The translations under genes were made by a program, and so were the position numbers. 64,000 nt of DNA. Origin: a virus. Under the pieces are notes generated by a model. The model was given only the letters and a program-made list of their open reading frames with translations. It was not told where the DNA came from and searched no databases. Positions 41,902 through 52,330 of this stretch are shown piece after piece; positions within the stretch are counted from its first letter, which is position 1; each line of letters begins with the position of its first letter. The DNA lies in the IMG/VR virus record IMGVR_UViG_3300008459_000024, positions 14,305 to 78,304 of that record, one strand, 5' to 3'.

Positions 41902-44900
41902 TTAAATGTTTTCAAAAGACGCTCCTGTTGGAGTGATTAAGAACTCAATGTCGATGAATTCTAACGCTTTAGTTGGTTTGATGTAAATCTTACCTACTAA
42001 TTGGTTTCTATCCAAATCCTCAGGTGTGTTAGAAACAGTTACTCTAAAGTCATATAAACCTCTATCTCTACGAATAGCATCTAAGATTGGGTTAACTGAA
42101 TCTAAGAATTGTTGTCTAACGATATTATCGTTTTGTTCAAACAATAATCTTACCGCCACCGCTGAAATCAACTTACGAGCTTGTAACAACAAACGTCTTA
42201 CGTTGATTCTATCAAGAGCTGATTCCGCAACTTGTAAAGTTTTGTTACCCCAAATTACAGTTCCAACGTCGTTAAATGTTGCAATTGGGTTAATTCTACC
42301 TTTATACAACGTATCTCTATCTTCTTGAGTTAATCTTCTTCTCGCTCTGATTGCGTTTACAACACCTCTTGTGTAACCTGCAGTTGCGAACCAAGGGAAT
42401 GCGATGTTATCAGTTAACGCTAAGTTTCTTGTAACTTCAGCAGTTGCTGGAAGATAAATTTGTGTGTTATTAACCGTATCACGAGTCAATACCCATGGAT
42501 AGTAAGTTGCTGTGTAGTTTGAATCTATACCTGAAGTTTCCAACTCGTCAACAATTTCTTGTGGGTAAATTAAATTATCCATTGAAGTTGTCGGTTGTAA
42601 TAAATCAAAGTCAGGTGATGTCATGATGTAGATAGAGTCAGCTCTATCGTTTTCTACCATGTCGATTGCCGACTCACAAAGGTTAGAGTTGTTAACAAAG
42701 TCAACACCAGGTGTAACGAACACATTAATATTAGTTACCTCAGGATTATTGAACGATTGAATACCTAACAAGTATGCGTAATAGTCAGTATTTGCATAAT
42801 CTGTAGTATTATCTTCTACCGTAATTGGTTTGAATAATCCCCATCCTGTTGAGTCGGGGTAACGTGTACAACCTGCTAATTGACCAGCTTTGTAACCACT
42901 TTGTCCTAAAACAAATGTATCACCATTAGTTCTATATTCTCTATAGATATCCCATCCGTCAAATCCGCCTTGTACTAAGAAAGTGAACTTTCTTGAGAAT
43001 ATTTTGTAATATGGATTATCAGAATTACTTGGGTCAGATTGGAATGATGCGTCACCAACCTGGAAGGCTGATTGTCCTGATGTTACATATGAGTTGGCAA
43101 TTGTTACAACAGTTGCTCCACTATCCATGTGGAAACCTTTAGTTAACTTACTCCAATCACTGTATGAACCTTCAACACACCAACTTCCTGTATAGTTTTG
43201 TTTTCCTTTATACGCGAAGAAGTCAGGGTCAAATCCAATACTGTCAGAGATACCTAAGTAAGTTCTACGAATATTGTCACCAGGACTAATTACTGCATCG
43301 TCTCCAGCAGTTGAACCGAATGGAGGGTTAAATATTTCTTCACCTGGGATATCGTAGTGAGTTTTATAGATTGGGAATGGAGAATCTTTACCTGAATAAG
43401 TACGAGTAACGTATCCTTCAAAACCACAAGGTAATGAGTCAATTGGAGCGTCAGCATTTAATTCCAACATAATGAATTTAGAATTTACTGCGAACTCACC
43501 ATCATTACTACCTACTTTTTTACCGACATAACTATTAAGACTTGGGTCCATAGTACAGTTAGTAAATTTCTCTAAAACAACAGGGTTGGCATCTGTATCA
43601 AAGTAATCTCTTACGATTAAATCAAATGTTCCATTGTTGAATGACATGTTAGCCACAGATACTTTAACTTCGTAGTTTGCGCTATTACCATCAGAAATTG
43701 TGTGAACTCTAAATAATTGATAAACTAAATTACCTCTTAATTCAGAAACAACCCATGGTGATTTTGGAGTTTGGTATCTCTCTAAGTAAAAACCTATAGA
43801 TGTAGTATTTTGGTTTCTTGCTTCAGGTAAGTAAGTTAATGACGTATTCAATCCTCTAATATACCCTTTATTATATCCGTAAGTTAACAAGTTTTGATAT
43901 CTTTCTTCAACAAACAAAGGAACTTCAGTTCTATCTTTTTCAAAGTTTTGTGTTCCGAATACCTTACTAATGTAATTTGTACTAGCCTGAGTAAATGATG
44001 TTTCAAAACTAAATGTTTGACTATCAATATCAGTACCTGAAATTACAAAAGTTGCAAATGGATTTTGAGTAATTGCGGAATATGAACCTGAAGATACTAA
44101 ACTAGCGGTGTCACCGGTTAATTGATATTGGTCCCCAAGATTTGCACTACTGAATGTTGAAATACCTCTTGAACGTAATGTGGCGATTACTAATCCGTTA
44201 TAATCTGTGTGTGCAGTAGCGGTGTAAGATAGAACTGAACCTTCGGTTGCTCCTGTGAAAGAACCGCCTCCTATTGATTGTAAATACTTAAATTCTAAAT
44301 AGAATGAATATCCACTATAACCATCTCCTGAAGTAACATCAAAATTAGCATAATACCATGCATCATTTAATCTATCACAAAAATCTATTGTGTTTGCACT
44401 GATACTTGTTACCGAGTATTTGTTTGTTACTCCGGTAATTGTTGGTAAATTCCCTAATTGTGTATTACTTAAAGGTCCGTATACTAAAGATGTTGTTGCA
44501 GATAGTGAGTTAGTTAAAACCGCAGAAGTGATAAAAGAATTAATATCTGAACGATAAGATGATGTGGTACCATCAAATTTAGTATAAACTCTATCAAAAT
44601 CTGAATATACTGTAGTTCCTGTAAAATCAACTGAGTCGGGTCCCGATGTTGAGTAGGTCACAGTTCCCGCGGTTGTCGCGGTGAAATATATGATAACTCC
44701 CGGAATTACACTACTAACTGCCACAGTTTCACAGTTAACATTACCCACAGTACTAATTGACCAAGAAGGTCCCGCATCATAACCTGATAATCCAAGTACA
44801 CGAGTTACGAAAAGTTGATTTGATTGTTGTAAATATGATTTTGCAATGTATGCGGCCTCATATTTAGGAATTTGTGTATTAACAAATTTTTCAGGAGTTG

Positions 44901-45084
44901 TTCCACCGAAATAAGTAGAAAACTCGTCATAGCTGGTAACAAAAATAGGTTCAAAGGCAGGACCTTTTAAAGTCTCACCAACAATACCTAAAGTTGTAAC
45001 ACCAACACTTTGAGAAACAAATGATAAGTCCCTTTCTGACGTGTAAACACCAGGAGAAACAAATATTTTACTGTTTGATGCCAT
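41902..45084 (-). CDS. tail sheath protein (gp18-like) with large insertions
   Basis: SPGVYTSERD N-terminus; PWFATAGYTRG, LYKGRINPI, WGNKTL, RINVRRL, KPTKALEFI. Confidence 0.95.
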   Translation of the reverse strand: MASNSKIFVSPGVYTSERDLSFVSQSVGVTTLGIVGETLKGPAFEPIFVTSYDEFSTYFGGTTPEKFVNTQIPKYEAAYIAKSYLQQSNQLFVTRVLGLSGYDAGPSWSISTVGNVNCETVAVSSVIPGVIIYFTATTAGTVTYSTSGPDSVDFTGTTVYSDFDRVYTKFDGTTSSYRSDINSFITSAVLTNSLSATTSLVYGPLSNTQLGNLPTITGVTNKYSVTSISANTIDFCDRLNDAWYYANFDVTSGDGYSGYSFYLEFKYLQSIGGGSFTGATEGSVLSYTATAHTDYNGLVIATLRSRGISTFSSANLGDQYQLTGDTASLVSSGSYSAITQNPFATFVISGTDIDSQTFSFETSFTQASTNYISKVFGTQNFEKDRTEVPLFVEERYQNLLTYGYNKGYIRGLNTSLTYLPEARNQNTTSIGFYLERYQTPKSPWVVSELRGNLVYQLFRVHTISDGNSANYEVKVSVANMSFNNGTFDLIVRDYFDTDANPVVLEKFTNCTMDPSLNSYVGKKVGSNDGEFAVNSKFIMLELNADAPIDSLPCGFEGYVTRTYSGKDSPFPIYKTHYDIPGEEIFNPPFGSTAGDDAVISPGDNIRRTYLGISDSIGFDPDFFAYKGKQNYTGSWCVEGSYSDWSKLTKGFHMDSGATVVTIANSYVTSGQSAFQVGDASFQSDPSNSDNPYYKIFSRKFTFLVQGGFDGWDIYREYRTNGDTFVLGQSGYKAGQLAGCTRYPDSTGWGLFKPITVEDNTTDYANTDYYAYLLGIQSFNNPEVTNINVFVTPGVDFVNNSNLCESAIDMVENDRADSIYIMTSPDFDLLQPTTSMDNLIYPQEIVDELETSGIDSNYTATYYPWVLTRDTVNNTQIYLPATAEVTRNLALTDNIAFPWFATAGYTRGVVNAIRARRRLTQEDRDTLYKGRINPIATFNDVGTVIWGNKTLQVAESALDRINVRRLLLQARKLISAVAVRLLFEQNDNIVRQQFLDSVNPILDAIRRDRGLYDFRVTVSNTPEDLDRNQLVGKIYIKPTKALEFIDIEFLITPTGASFENI

Positions 45085-45171
45085 TTAATTTGTGTTTTTT
45101 TAAATTTATTTTATTGATAAATATTCTCCGATTTATGAAAAATTTATAAATTAAAAAACTATTTACTTTAT

Positions 45172-45201
45172 AGGAAGAATAAATTCTACCTTTTTTCTAC
45201 C
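45172..45201 (+). promoter_or_regulatory. candidate RHH operator
   Basis: TTCTACC twice, 11 bp apart, plus inverted near-copy GGAAGAA, abutting the ATG. Confidence 0.45.
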
Positions 45202-45351
45202 ATGAAAATTAAGAATCTAAAAATATCTGAAGACTCTCACAAACTACTTAAAAAGTATTGTAATAAAAAAGGATATAAAATTCACAAATTTATTGAAAAG
45301 TTAATCTACGATAACTGTGAGGAAATAAAAGATATATACGGAGAAGATTAG
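45202..45351 (+). CDS. small ribbon-helix-helix DNA-binding protein (not in ORF track)
   Basis: MKIKNLKISEDSHKLLKKYCNKKGYKIHKFIEKLIYDNCEEIKDIYGED*, a beta-alpha-alpha RHH pattern. Confidence 0.7.
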   Translation: MKIKNLKISEDSHKLLKKYCNKKGYKIHKFIEKLIYDNCEEIKDIYGED

Positions 45352-46403
45352 AGAATTTTAGACTCTAATGATATTTGAGACACCTCTGAAGGATTACTTT
45401 TTACAATATCAATTCTTAAAATATCGTTAGTATTCACTTGAACTTCTCCAGCGACCAATTGCGGAATATCATTACCATAGAATAAATCATTAATGTATAC
45501 TGAATAAGATGTAATATTATCAGCATTGACTAATTTTAAATTAGTGGTGTATGTGAATGTTTGACTATAACTTGTAACTCCAACAGGGTAACTAAATTCA
45601 ACATTAACAATATCTGAGTTCTTAGGGAACTTTTTAAGTTTTCTCCTTTTTGATGAAGTATTTGTTTCAAATATCTGAAGAGCTCTTGTTATTCCTGGCT
45701 TAACCTCAAACTCTTCTTCATCAATCAAAAATCCCATTAATGTAAATTCATAAGACTGCATATAATACTTTCTCTTTTCTAAATCTAAAACAGATTCATC
45801 TGAGATGTCTTCCATTTGTATCGGAATATAATGTCCTTTAATTTGAGTATATGCTTGTCGAGATGCGAACTTTTCAAGTATAATCTTATTAAACTTATTA
45901 AGTTCTCTCATTCTATTACAAATGATTTTTACCGAATATTTTATATCAACAGGGACTGGCTGTGGTATGGTGTAAATGTCCACACCTTTTCTATCTCCAT
46001 CCCATGTGGGTACCGCTGCGTAATAGTACTGTTTTCTATTGGGTATGTTATATCTAAGTGACGGAATTGTGCCAAACTTAACTTCAGGTGTTCTTACCGT
46101 TGTGATAAATGGTACGGATACGTTTTTATCAATATTTCTAAAATCCCATGTTTGAGTAAACTGAGCCCAATTTTGAGTTGTAATTAATATGTCAACAACA
46201 GGTACGGTCTTACCTTCGGAAGTTATCTTTAAATCGTTTTTAACAAAATCTAAAAACCCTCTATCCAAATCCTCATGTAATAATGATTTAGGTAAATACG
46301 TATCGTGACGATTAATATCGTCAAGTAATTCCACACGTCTATCATATCCCGTTTTTTCAGGATAAAGGTTTAAAGTCTTTTTTATTTTTTTAGGTAATGC
46401 CAT
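45348..46403 (-). CDS. tail terminator/completion protein (gp15-like) with C-terminal extension
   Basis: 351 aa. PQPVPVDIKYSV...MRELN; position next to sheath and neck genes. Confidence 0.6.
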   Translation of the reverse strand: MALPKKIKKTLNLYPEKTGYDRRVELLDDINRHDTYLPKSLLHEDLDRGFLDFVKNDLKITSEGKTVPVVDILITTQNWAQFTQTWDFRNIDKNVSVPFITTVRTPEVKFGTIPSLRYNIPNRKQYYYAAVPTWDGDRKGVDIYTIPQPVPVDIKYSVKIICNRMRELNKFNKIILEKFASRQAYTQIKGHYIPIQMEDISDESVLDLEKRKYYMQSYEFTLMGFLIDEEEFEVKPGITRALQIFETNTSSKRRKLKKFPKNSDIVNVEFSYPVGVTSYSQTFTYTTNLKLVNADNITSYSVYINDLFYGNDIPQLVAGEVQVNTNDILRIDIVKSNPSEVSQISLESKIL

Positions 46404-46918
46404 TATAATCCTCTAAATTCGTTTTCAGTCACAGGTGATGCAATAATTGTACGATAAAATGGTTTATATCCACCATAAGTGTGTTTATTATCCGACACAA
46501 TCCTACCATCATTATTAACTGTATAATATCTAACTCTGTTTTCAGTTTCGTAATACCCTATGTAATCACCAAACTCAATTTCAATACCAAGTTCGTCTAA
46601 GTGAGATTGATATACAGATATTCTTGCATTACCCGGCTCCAATTGGTCAACCATACTTTTACCTAAATATTTGTTTTCAGGTGCAGATACCTGCAAGTAA
46701 GCTTTAAATTCAACAGGTGGTAAAAACTTAATACCATCCATTGTGGCTTCACCGTACACATCGTCAGTGTTAGTTTTCTTTTTGTCAACTTTATACAAAA
46801 CAAGTGTAAAATTCATATCTCCCTCTAACCATTCTCTCCCCATATTAATGTCTAAGGCGTAGTCCTCAGCCCCAAAAAATTTACTTAATCTTGTAATTGG
46901 TACAACTCTATTTGACAT
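46403..46918 (-). CDS. neck/head-closure protein (gp14-like)
   Basis: Likely start MSNRV, 4 nt after TATTTAT; YKVD....DDVYGE, GDYIG motifs. Confidence 0.65.
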   Translation of the reverse strand: MSNRVVPITRLSKFFGAEDYALDINMGREWLEGDMNFTLVLYKVDKKKTNTDDVYGEATMDGIKFLPPVEFKAYLQVSAPENKYLGKSMVDQLEPGNARISVYQSHLDELGIEIEFGDYIGYYETENRVRYYTVNNDGRIVSDNKHTYGGYKPFYRTIIASPVTENEFRGL

Positions 46919-46970
46919 ATTGATAAATATCTTATTTTTATTATTATTGTAATAATGTATTTTAACTAAC

Positions 46971-48731
46971 TTGGAAAACCAAAAACAACACATAAGTATT
47001 GAGCAAGAGGCCATAAAGGTTTTAGAGGAATATAATGGGTCAAACAACTATATCCTTAAAATAAAAAAACAGTGTGAGGTCAATAAAAAATATGTACCCA
47101 CACGAGCCCAATGTGACTATGTTTTATCCTTTAAGGATATTACACCTAAGGTTGCAAAAAAATGGGTAGACATAGACTCGTACTTTTCAAAAAAGTTAGT
47201 TGAGGATAATCCCTTTATTAAAGAACCCGATAAAATTTACATTGAAAAATTACTAGTCGAAAAGGATAAATCATACCACATATGGGGTAAGGTTTTTAGT
47301 GCAGAGACTATTCATGATTTTTGGGTTCCTAAAGCCGCGGTTATTAAAGAGTATAAGGAAAACGTTGTTGATGTTGATTATTCAAAGTATGAGAATCGAC
47401 CTCCTTTATCTCACCAAAAAGAGGCTATCGAAAAATTATTAAAAAATGATAAGTTTATTTTGGCAGATGATATGGGGCTTGGTAAGACAACATCAACCGT
47501 AATTGCATCATTAGAAAGTGGTGCTAAAAAAGTATTAATTATTTGTCCAGCATCTTTAAAAATAAATTGGGAACGGGAAATTCGTAATTACACCGAAAAG
47601 AGTGTATATATCTGTGAAGGTAAAAAATTTGAAGATGCCGATTATATCATTGCAAATTACGACATTCTAAAAAACTTCCACGACCCAAAGGATAAAGACA
47701 ACTCAATCATTTTAAAATCAAAATTTGATTTGGTTGTTATTGACGAAGCTCATTATGTTTCAAACGCTCAGGCTCAACGTACAAAAATCATAATGGATTT
47801 AACCAAAAATATTAAAAAACTTTGGTTATTGACTGGTACTCCTATGACTTCTCGCCCAATGAATTATTACAATATTCTTAAATTAATCGATAGTCCTGTT
47901 AGTCAGAATTGGATGGCTTATGCAATTCGTTATTGTGGTGGATATCAATTTAGGGTTGGTAATAAAAAGGTGTGGAATGTTACAGGTGCGTCTAATTTAG
48001 AGGAACTTCGAGACAGGACTTCTCGTCAAATATTAAGAAGACTAAAAACGGATGTTTTAGATTTACCCGAAAAAATTATGACCCCTGTTTATCTTAGATT
48101 AAAATCTCGACTATATGAAGGTTTAATGGGCGAGTACTACGATTGGTATAATAATCGTCAAGATGAATCAAAATCATTGTCAGTTCAATTTACAAAACTA
48201 ATGAAAGTTAGACAGGTTATTGCTGAGGAAAAAATTTCACATACTATCGAACTTGCTGAGAATATTATCGAGCAAGGTAAAAAGGTTATTATTTTTAGTA
48301 ACTTTACGGAACCTTTAAAAAAGATACATGAACATTTTGGTAAGAAGTCAGTTTATTTAGATGGGTCAACCCCAAAACCGGCAAGACAAGAAGCTGTGGA
48401 TAAGTTTCAGGAAAGTGATAAAGTACAAGTGTTTTGTGGTAATATAAAAGCAGCTGGTGTTGGTTTAACATTGACGGCTGCCGAGGCGGTAATCATGAAT
48501 GACTTATCATTTGTTCCGGCTGAACACAGCCAATCCGAAGATAGAGCCTATCGATATGGTCAAAAAAACTCAGTTTCAATCTACTATCCAATATTTGAGA
48601 ACACGATTGAAGGTTTTATTTATGATATTTTAGATAGAAAAAAGAAGATTATCGGTACTGTGATGGGAGATATTCAAGAAACCGATGCAGATATCGTAGA
48701 ACAAATCCTGAACGAAATCAACAATAAGTAA
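46971..48731 (+). CDS. SNF2-family helicase (SMARCAL1/HARP-like)
   Basis: LADDMGLGKT, DEAH, LTGTP, LRRLK, AGVGLTL, QSEDRAYRYGQ. TTG start. Confidence 0.93.
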   Translation: MENQKQHISIEQEAIKVLEEYNGSNNYILKIKKQCEVNKKYVPTRAQCDYVLSFKDITPKVAKKWVDIDSYFSKKLVEDNPFIKEPDKIYIEKLLVEKDKSYHIWGKVFSAETIHDFWVPKAAVIKEYKENVVDVDYSKYENRPPLSHQKEAIEKLLKNDKFILADDMGLGKTTSTVIASLESGAKKVLIICPASLKINWEREIRNYTEKSVYICEGKKFEDADYIIANYDILKNFHDPKDKDNSIILKSKFDLVVIDEAHYVSNAQAQRTKIIMDLTKNIKKLWLLTGTPMTSRPMNYYNILKLIDSPVSQNWMAYAIRYCGGYQFRVGNKKVWNVTGASNLEELRDRTSRQILRRLKTDVLDLPEKIMTPVYLRLKSRLYEGLMGEYYDWYNNRQDESKSLSVQFTKLMKVRQVIAEEKISHTIELAENIIEQGKKVIIFSNFTEPLKKIHEHFGKKSVYLDGSTPKPARQEAVDKFQESDKVQVFCGNIKAAGVGLTLTAAEAVIMNDLSFVPAEHSQSEDRAYRYGQKNSVSIYYPIFENTIEGFIYDILDRKKKIIGTVMGDIQETDADIVEQILNEINNK

Positions 48732-48744
48732 GTATTTATTATTG

Positions 48745-50277
48745 ATGAAATCGTTAAATTTATTATCTGAGTCTTTAATACAAAAAATAACAGGGGAAAA
48801 AAGTTTACCTGAAACCAAGTTTTTTATCAACGAGATGAAAACTATTGGTATTGAAAAATTACCTTATGGTTATGCATCATTAAGAAGATTTATTGACCCT
48901 GAAACAATGAAGTTTCATTATCAGAAACACTACAAGGGTTATGTAAATAAATTAAACTCCGCATTACGAAAAAAAGATTATGGTGATGTTGAGTTAGAAA
49001 AAATTGTTAGACAAATATCAAAATATAATACAACTATAAGAAATAATGCAGGTGGTGCATTTAACCACGCATTATTTTGGAAGATGTTGTCACCCACACC
49101 TCAGAAACCAAGTGGTGATGTTTTTAACAAAATAAAAAAGGATTTTGGGAGTTATAGAGAATTCAAAGAACGATTTGAATCGGTTGCTAAAAAAAGATTC
49201 GGTTCAGGTTGGGTTTGGTTAGTTCTTAATAAGAATGGGAATTTAAAAGTTATGTCCACATCAAACCAAGACAACCCATTAATGAATATTTTTGACAGAG
49301 GAGGATTTCCAATATTAGGTTTGGATTTATGGGAACATGCGTATTATTTAAAATATCAAAACAAACGAGACGAGTATATTAAAAACTTTTGGGACGCAAT
49401 TAACTGGAAGTTCATCAATGAATTATATTTGTCAAAAACAAAAAAAGAAAAAACGATTAAAGAGTCTTACATGATTAATGAACAAAAAGAGTCGTACAAT
49501 CCTAAACGAGAAGAATCTCAAAACTATTCGTTCATATTAAGTAATAACAAACCTTTGTTATGGACATTTAGGAAATGTATCGATTCAATTCTCAAAGATG
49601 TATATGGTAAACAATATTATGAAAAAGGCGAATATGGTCCCGATGAAATGGCGGGAGTTTATGATATTAATGGGGAACAAGGACGTTCAGTTATTAATAA
49701 ATTAAATACAAATTATATCGCATTTACCATTTTACTCAATGACGTAAATAAAGCCTTAAAAAAATATAATATACCTGAAATTGAGATTATTGGTAAAACA
49801 CCTCAAGAACAACAAAAAGAGGTAAATCGATTCTGTGATTACTTGAAAAAATTTAAAAACAGAATATTTCCATCATCAAATACTTTAACAAACATAATGT
49901 CGGTATTAGGTAAAACTCACGCTTCGGGTGGTAAACTTGAATCTGAGATTGCCGATAGATTGAAAAAAGAATTTGGTGAAGATAATGTTAAGGCGGAAGG
50001 TCGATTGGGAAGTAAGGAAGATATGTCAGGTATTGACATATTTTTAACAATCAATGGTAAAACATTATCAGGACAAGTAAAACCGATTTATTCAATAGAC
50101 AAAACAGAAGATGAATATATTATCAAAATAAAAGGATTTGTAAAAAAATATTACACGGACTTACTGATTTTTGGTAACCCTAAATCTAAAATCTATATTT
50201 TTAAAAACGAAAACGTAGACTCATCAGGTGACTCATTTAAAATCCCAACCAAAAACTTGATTAATTCGTTCGATTGA
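48745..50277 (+). CDS. sod: Mn/Fe superoxide dismutase fused to a C-terminal PD-(D/E)xK-like domain
   Basis: HYQKH, NNAGGAFNHALFW, FGSGWVWL, NQD, DLWEHAYY, then about 280 extra aa with E..EDMSGID...QVK. Confidence 0.85.
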   Translation: MKSLNLLSESLIQKITGEKSLPETKFFINEMKTIGIEKLPYGYASLRRFIDPETMKFHYQKHYKGYVNKLNSALRKKDYGDVELEKIVRQISKYNTTIRNNAGGAFNHALFWKMLSPTPQKPSGDVFNKIKKDFGSYREFKERFESVAKKRFGSGWVWLVLNKNGNLKVMSTSNQDNPLMNIFDRGGFPILGLDLWEHAYYLKYQNKRDEYIKNFWDAINWKFINELYLSKTKKEKTIKESYMINEQKESYNPKREESQNYSFILSNNKPLLWTFRKCIDSILKDVYGKQYYEKGEYGPDEMAGVYDINGEQGRSVINKLNTNYIAFTILLNDVNKALKKYNIPEIEIIGKTPQEQQKEVNRFCDYLKKFKNRIFPSSNTLTNIMSVLGKTHASGGKLESEIADRLKKEFGEDNVKAEGRLGSKEDMSGIDIFLTINGKTLSGQVKPIYSIDKTEDEYIIKIKGFVKKYYTDLLIFGNPKSKIYIFKNENVDSSGDSFKIPTKNLINSFD

Positions 50278-50299
50278 TATTTATAGTAAAATATCAATT

Positions 50300-51427
50300 A
50301 TGACAATTATTCAAGAGCCTTTCAGAAGTCAGTTATATACTAAAGTTAGACACGTATTAGGTGCTCCAATTCGTTCAATTGAATTGGAAGATGAACAAAT
50401 GGATTCTATTTTAGAATTCTCTATTGGTGATTATTCACAGTATGTTCAAGATTGGCTTATTGAATCTCAATGGACATCGTTAAACAATCTTAATTTAGAC
50501 ACACAGTCTTTATCAAGAGCGTTTCTCACCAAGAGTTTAGATTATGAGAATAGATATGCTCAAGCATATTCAAAAATTGTTGGTCTTCAGTCATCCCCAC
50601 TTGGAGATTGGGAACTTAAAAAAGATTATATTACATTGGTCCCAAATCAACAAATTTATGAAATACCCGCAGGTAGAGAAGTAAATGAACTGTTATGGTT
50701 TACTCCTACAGCACTTAACAATGTGTTATTTGACCCGTGGTCATTTGGAGCCTTAGGGGGGTATGGTATGGGAGGACCTGCGGGATACTCACAAATGGGT
50801 TATACTGGTTCATACTTTATGATGCCAGCATTTGATATGTTATTAAGGTTACAAGAAATTAATATACAAAGAAGAATCATTGCTGGCGATTTAACTTATA
50901 GAATTACAGGTTTACCTGGTGGTAAAAAAGCAATTCATTTAATGCAAACACCCGGAGGTAAATTTGACTTCGGAAATTCATCACTAATGAATTCCCAAGT
51001 ATGGTATTGGTATTACGATGTTGGTCCTCAAGATAGAGACTCATGTTTGAAAGCAAATCCTGAAATTATAAAACTTCCATCTGATGTTCCTATGAGCTCA
51101 ATTTCTTGGGGGGATTTAAATGAGCCGGCTCAACAGTGGGTTAGAAGGTATTTTGTCGCAAGTTGTAAAGAAACTCTATCTAAAGTTAGAGGTAAGTACT
51201 CAGGTAATTTAAAAACACCTGATTCTGAATTAACTATGGATTACGCATCATTGGCAACTGAAGGTAAGGATGAAAAAACAAAATTAATTGAGGAATTAAT
51301 TGGTGCTGATGGTAGGTTGACAAGATTAAGACCTGAAAAAATAATGGAGAGGGAGGCGTTAATTGCTGAAAACCTTAACAAACAAATGAAGTTTAGAGCG
51401 TTCCCTAGAAATATGTATGTTATCTAA
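50300..51427 (+). CDS. neck/head-tail adaptor protein (gp13-like)
   Basis: LGAPIRSIELEDEQ N-terminus; WVRRY...KETLSKVRGKYSG...GKDEK C-terminus. Confidence 0.8.
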   Translation: MTIIQEPFRSQLYTKVRHVLGAPIRSIELEDEQMDSILEFSIGDYSQYVQDWLIESQWTSLNNLNLDTQSLSRAFLTKSLDYENRYAQAYSKIVGLQSSPLGDWELKKDYITLVPNQQIYEIPAGREVNELLWFTPTALNNVLFDPWSFGALGGYGMGGPAGYSQMGYTGSYFMMPAFDMLLRLQEINIQRRIIAGDLTYRITGLPGGKKAIHLMQTPGGKFDFGNSSLMNSQVWYWYYDVGPQDRDSCLKANPEIIKLPSDVPMSSISWGDLNEPAQQWVRRYFVASCKETLSKVRGKYSGNLKTPDSELTMDYASLATEGKDEKTKLIEELIGADGRLTRLRPEKIMEREALIAENLNKQMKFRAFPRNMYVI

Positions 51428-51428
51428 A

Positions 51429-51764
51429 ATGGCAGTTCAAAAATCAATACCTATGTCCCGAGTAATATCGGGAAAAGTTTTGACAACATCTGAGATATGT
51501 GTTGTATCTGAAAACAAATATATAACTGAAGGTGAGTCAGTAATTATTACAAAAATTGTGGATAACTGTGAAGTTATTATAAATCATGAAAACACCGACC
51601 ACGTAATAATTAAAGCATTAACTAATACAAAAATTAGACCCATTACAGGTCTAATTGATGAAGAGTTTAATGAGATTAATATTGAAAAAGGAGCGTGTGT
51701 TGAGTTATACTACGGATTTGGTTCATGGTATATTGTTTCATCTGATGGATTAAAACAATCTTAA
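51429..51764 (+). CDS. small hypothetical beta-rich protein
   Basis: Likely start MAVQK; follows the neck gene. Confidence 0.55.
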   Translation: MAVQKSIPMSRVISGKVLTTSEICVVSENKYITEGESVIITKIVDNCEVIINHENTDHVIIKALTNTKIRPITGLIDEEFNEINIEKGACVELYYGFGSWYIVSSDGLKQS

Positions 51765-52330
51765 ATAATCTTATCACCTTTACTTAAATTATCATACGCC
51801 CATAGCGGTTGTAAATTAGTGTAATGACATAATTTATTTATATCTTCTGAACAATTCGCTGATGATAGGGGGGTTATGTGGTCAATATGCCAACTCCCGT
51901 AGTTGTCCCACGACATCCCATCTCTAAATTGTTTTTCCAAATGTTCTCTTAAAAATTCAGTGGTACACCCAACCAAATCCAACGTCTTGTTGTCCTTGTG
52001 AATTTTTTTACTTTTCATAAATTGGACAATTCTACTTCTCAAATTAGACATCATCCTCAATGTTACGTTTTCTCTTTTTTTAACCCTAAGTTTATTAATT
52101 ATGTCTTCTTTATTTTTTCTGTAATATTGTTTAATTCTTACTTGTTCTTTTTCAGTATTCTCATGATACCTATCCACTCTTCTTTTTTTTAATTTTTCGG
52201 AGTTAATCAAGTAATATTTTTTTTGACATTCTTTACACTCAGCCCTTAAACCATTTTTATTTCTAGATGAATATGAAAATTCACAAATTAATTTGTCTTC
52301 ACCACATTTTGAACAAATTTTATTTATCAT
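51761..52330 (-). CDS. HNH/endonuclease VII-like homing endonuclease
   Basis: CSKC..CKEC zinc finger; GMSWDNYGSWHIDHITPL...HYTNLQPLWAYDNLSK. Confidence 0.85.
   Translation of the reverse strand: MINKICSKCGEDKLICEFSYSSRNKNGLRAECKECQKKYYLINSEKLKKRRVDRYHENTEKEQVRIKQYYRKNKEDIINKLRVKKRENVTLRMMSNLRSRIVQFMKSKKIHKDNKTLDLVGCTTEFLREHLEKQFRDGMSWDNYGSWHIDHITPLSSANCSEDINKLCHYTNLQPLWAYDNLSKGDKII

Noticed and set aside
46919-47047. N-terminal extension of ORF 46403..47047 (similarly the 52565, 16413 and 32567 starts)
   Set aside because: Extensions overlap promoter motifs or neighbouring genes; downstream ATGs fit better.
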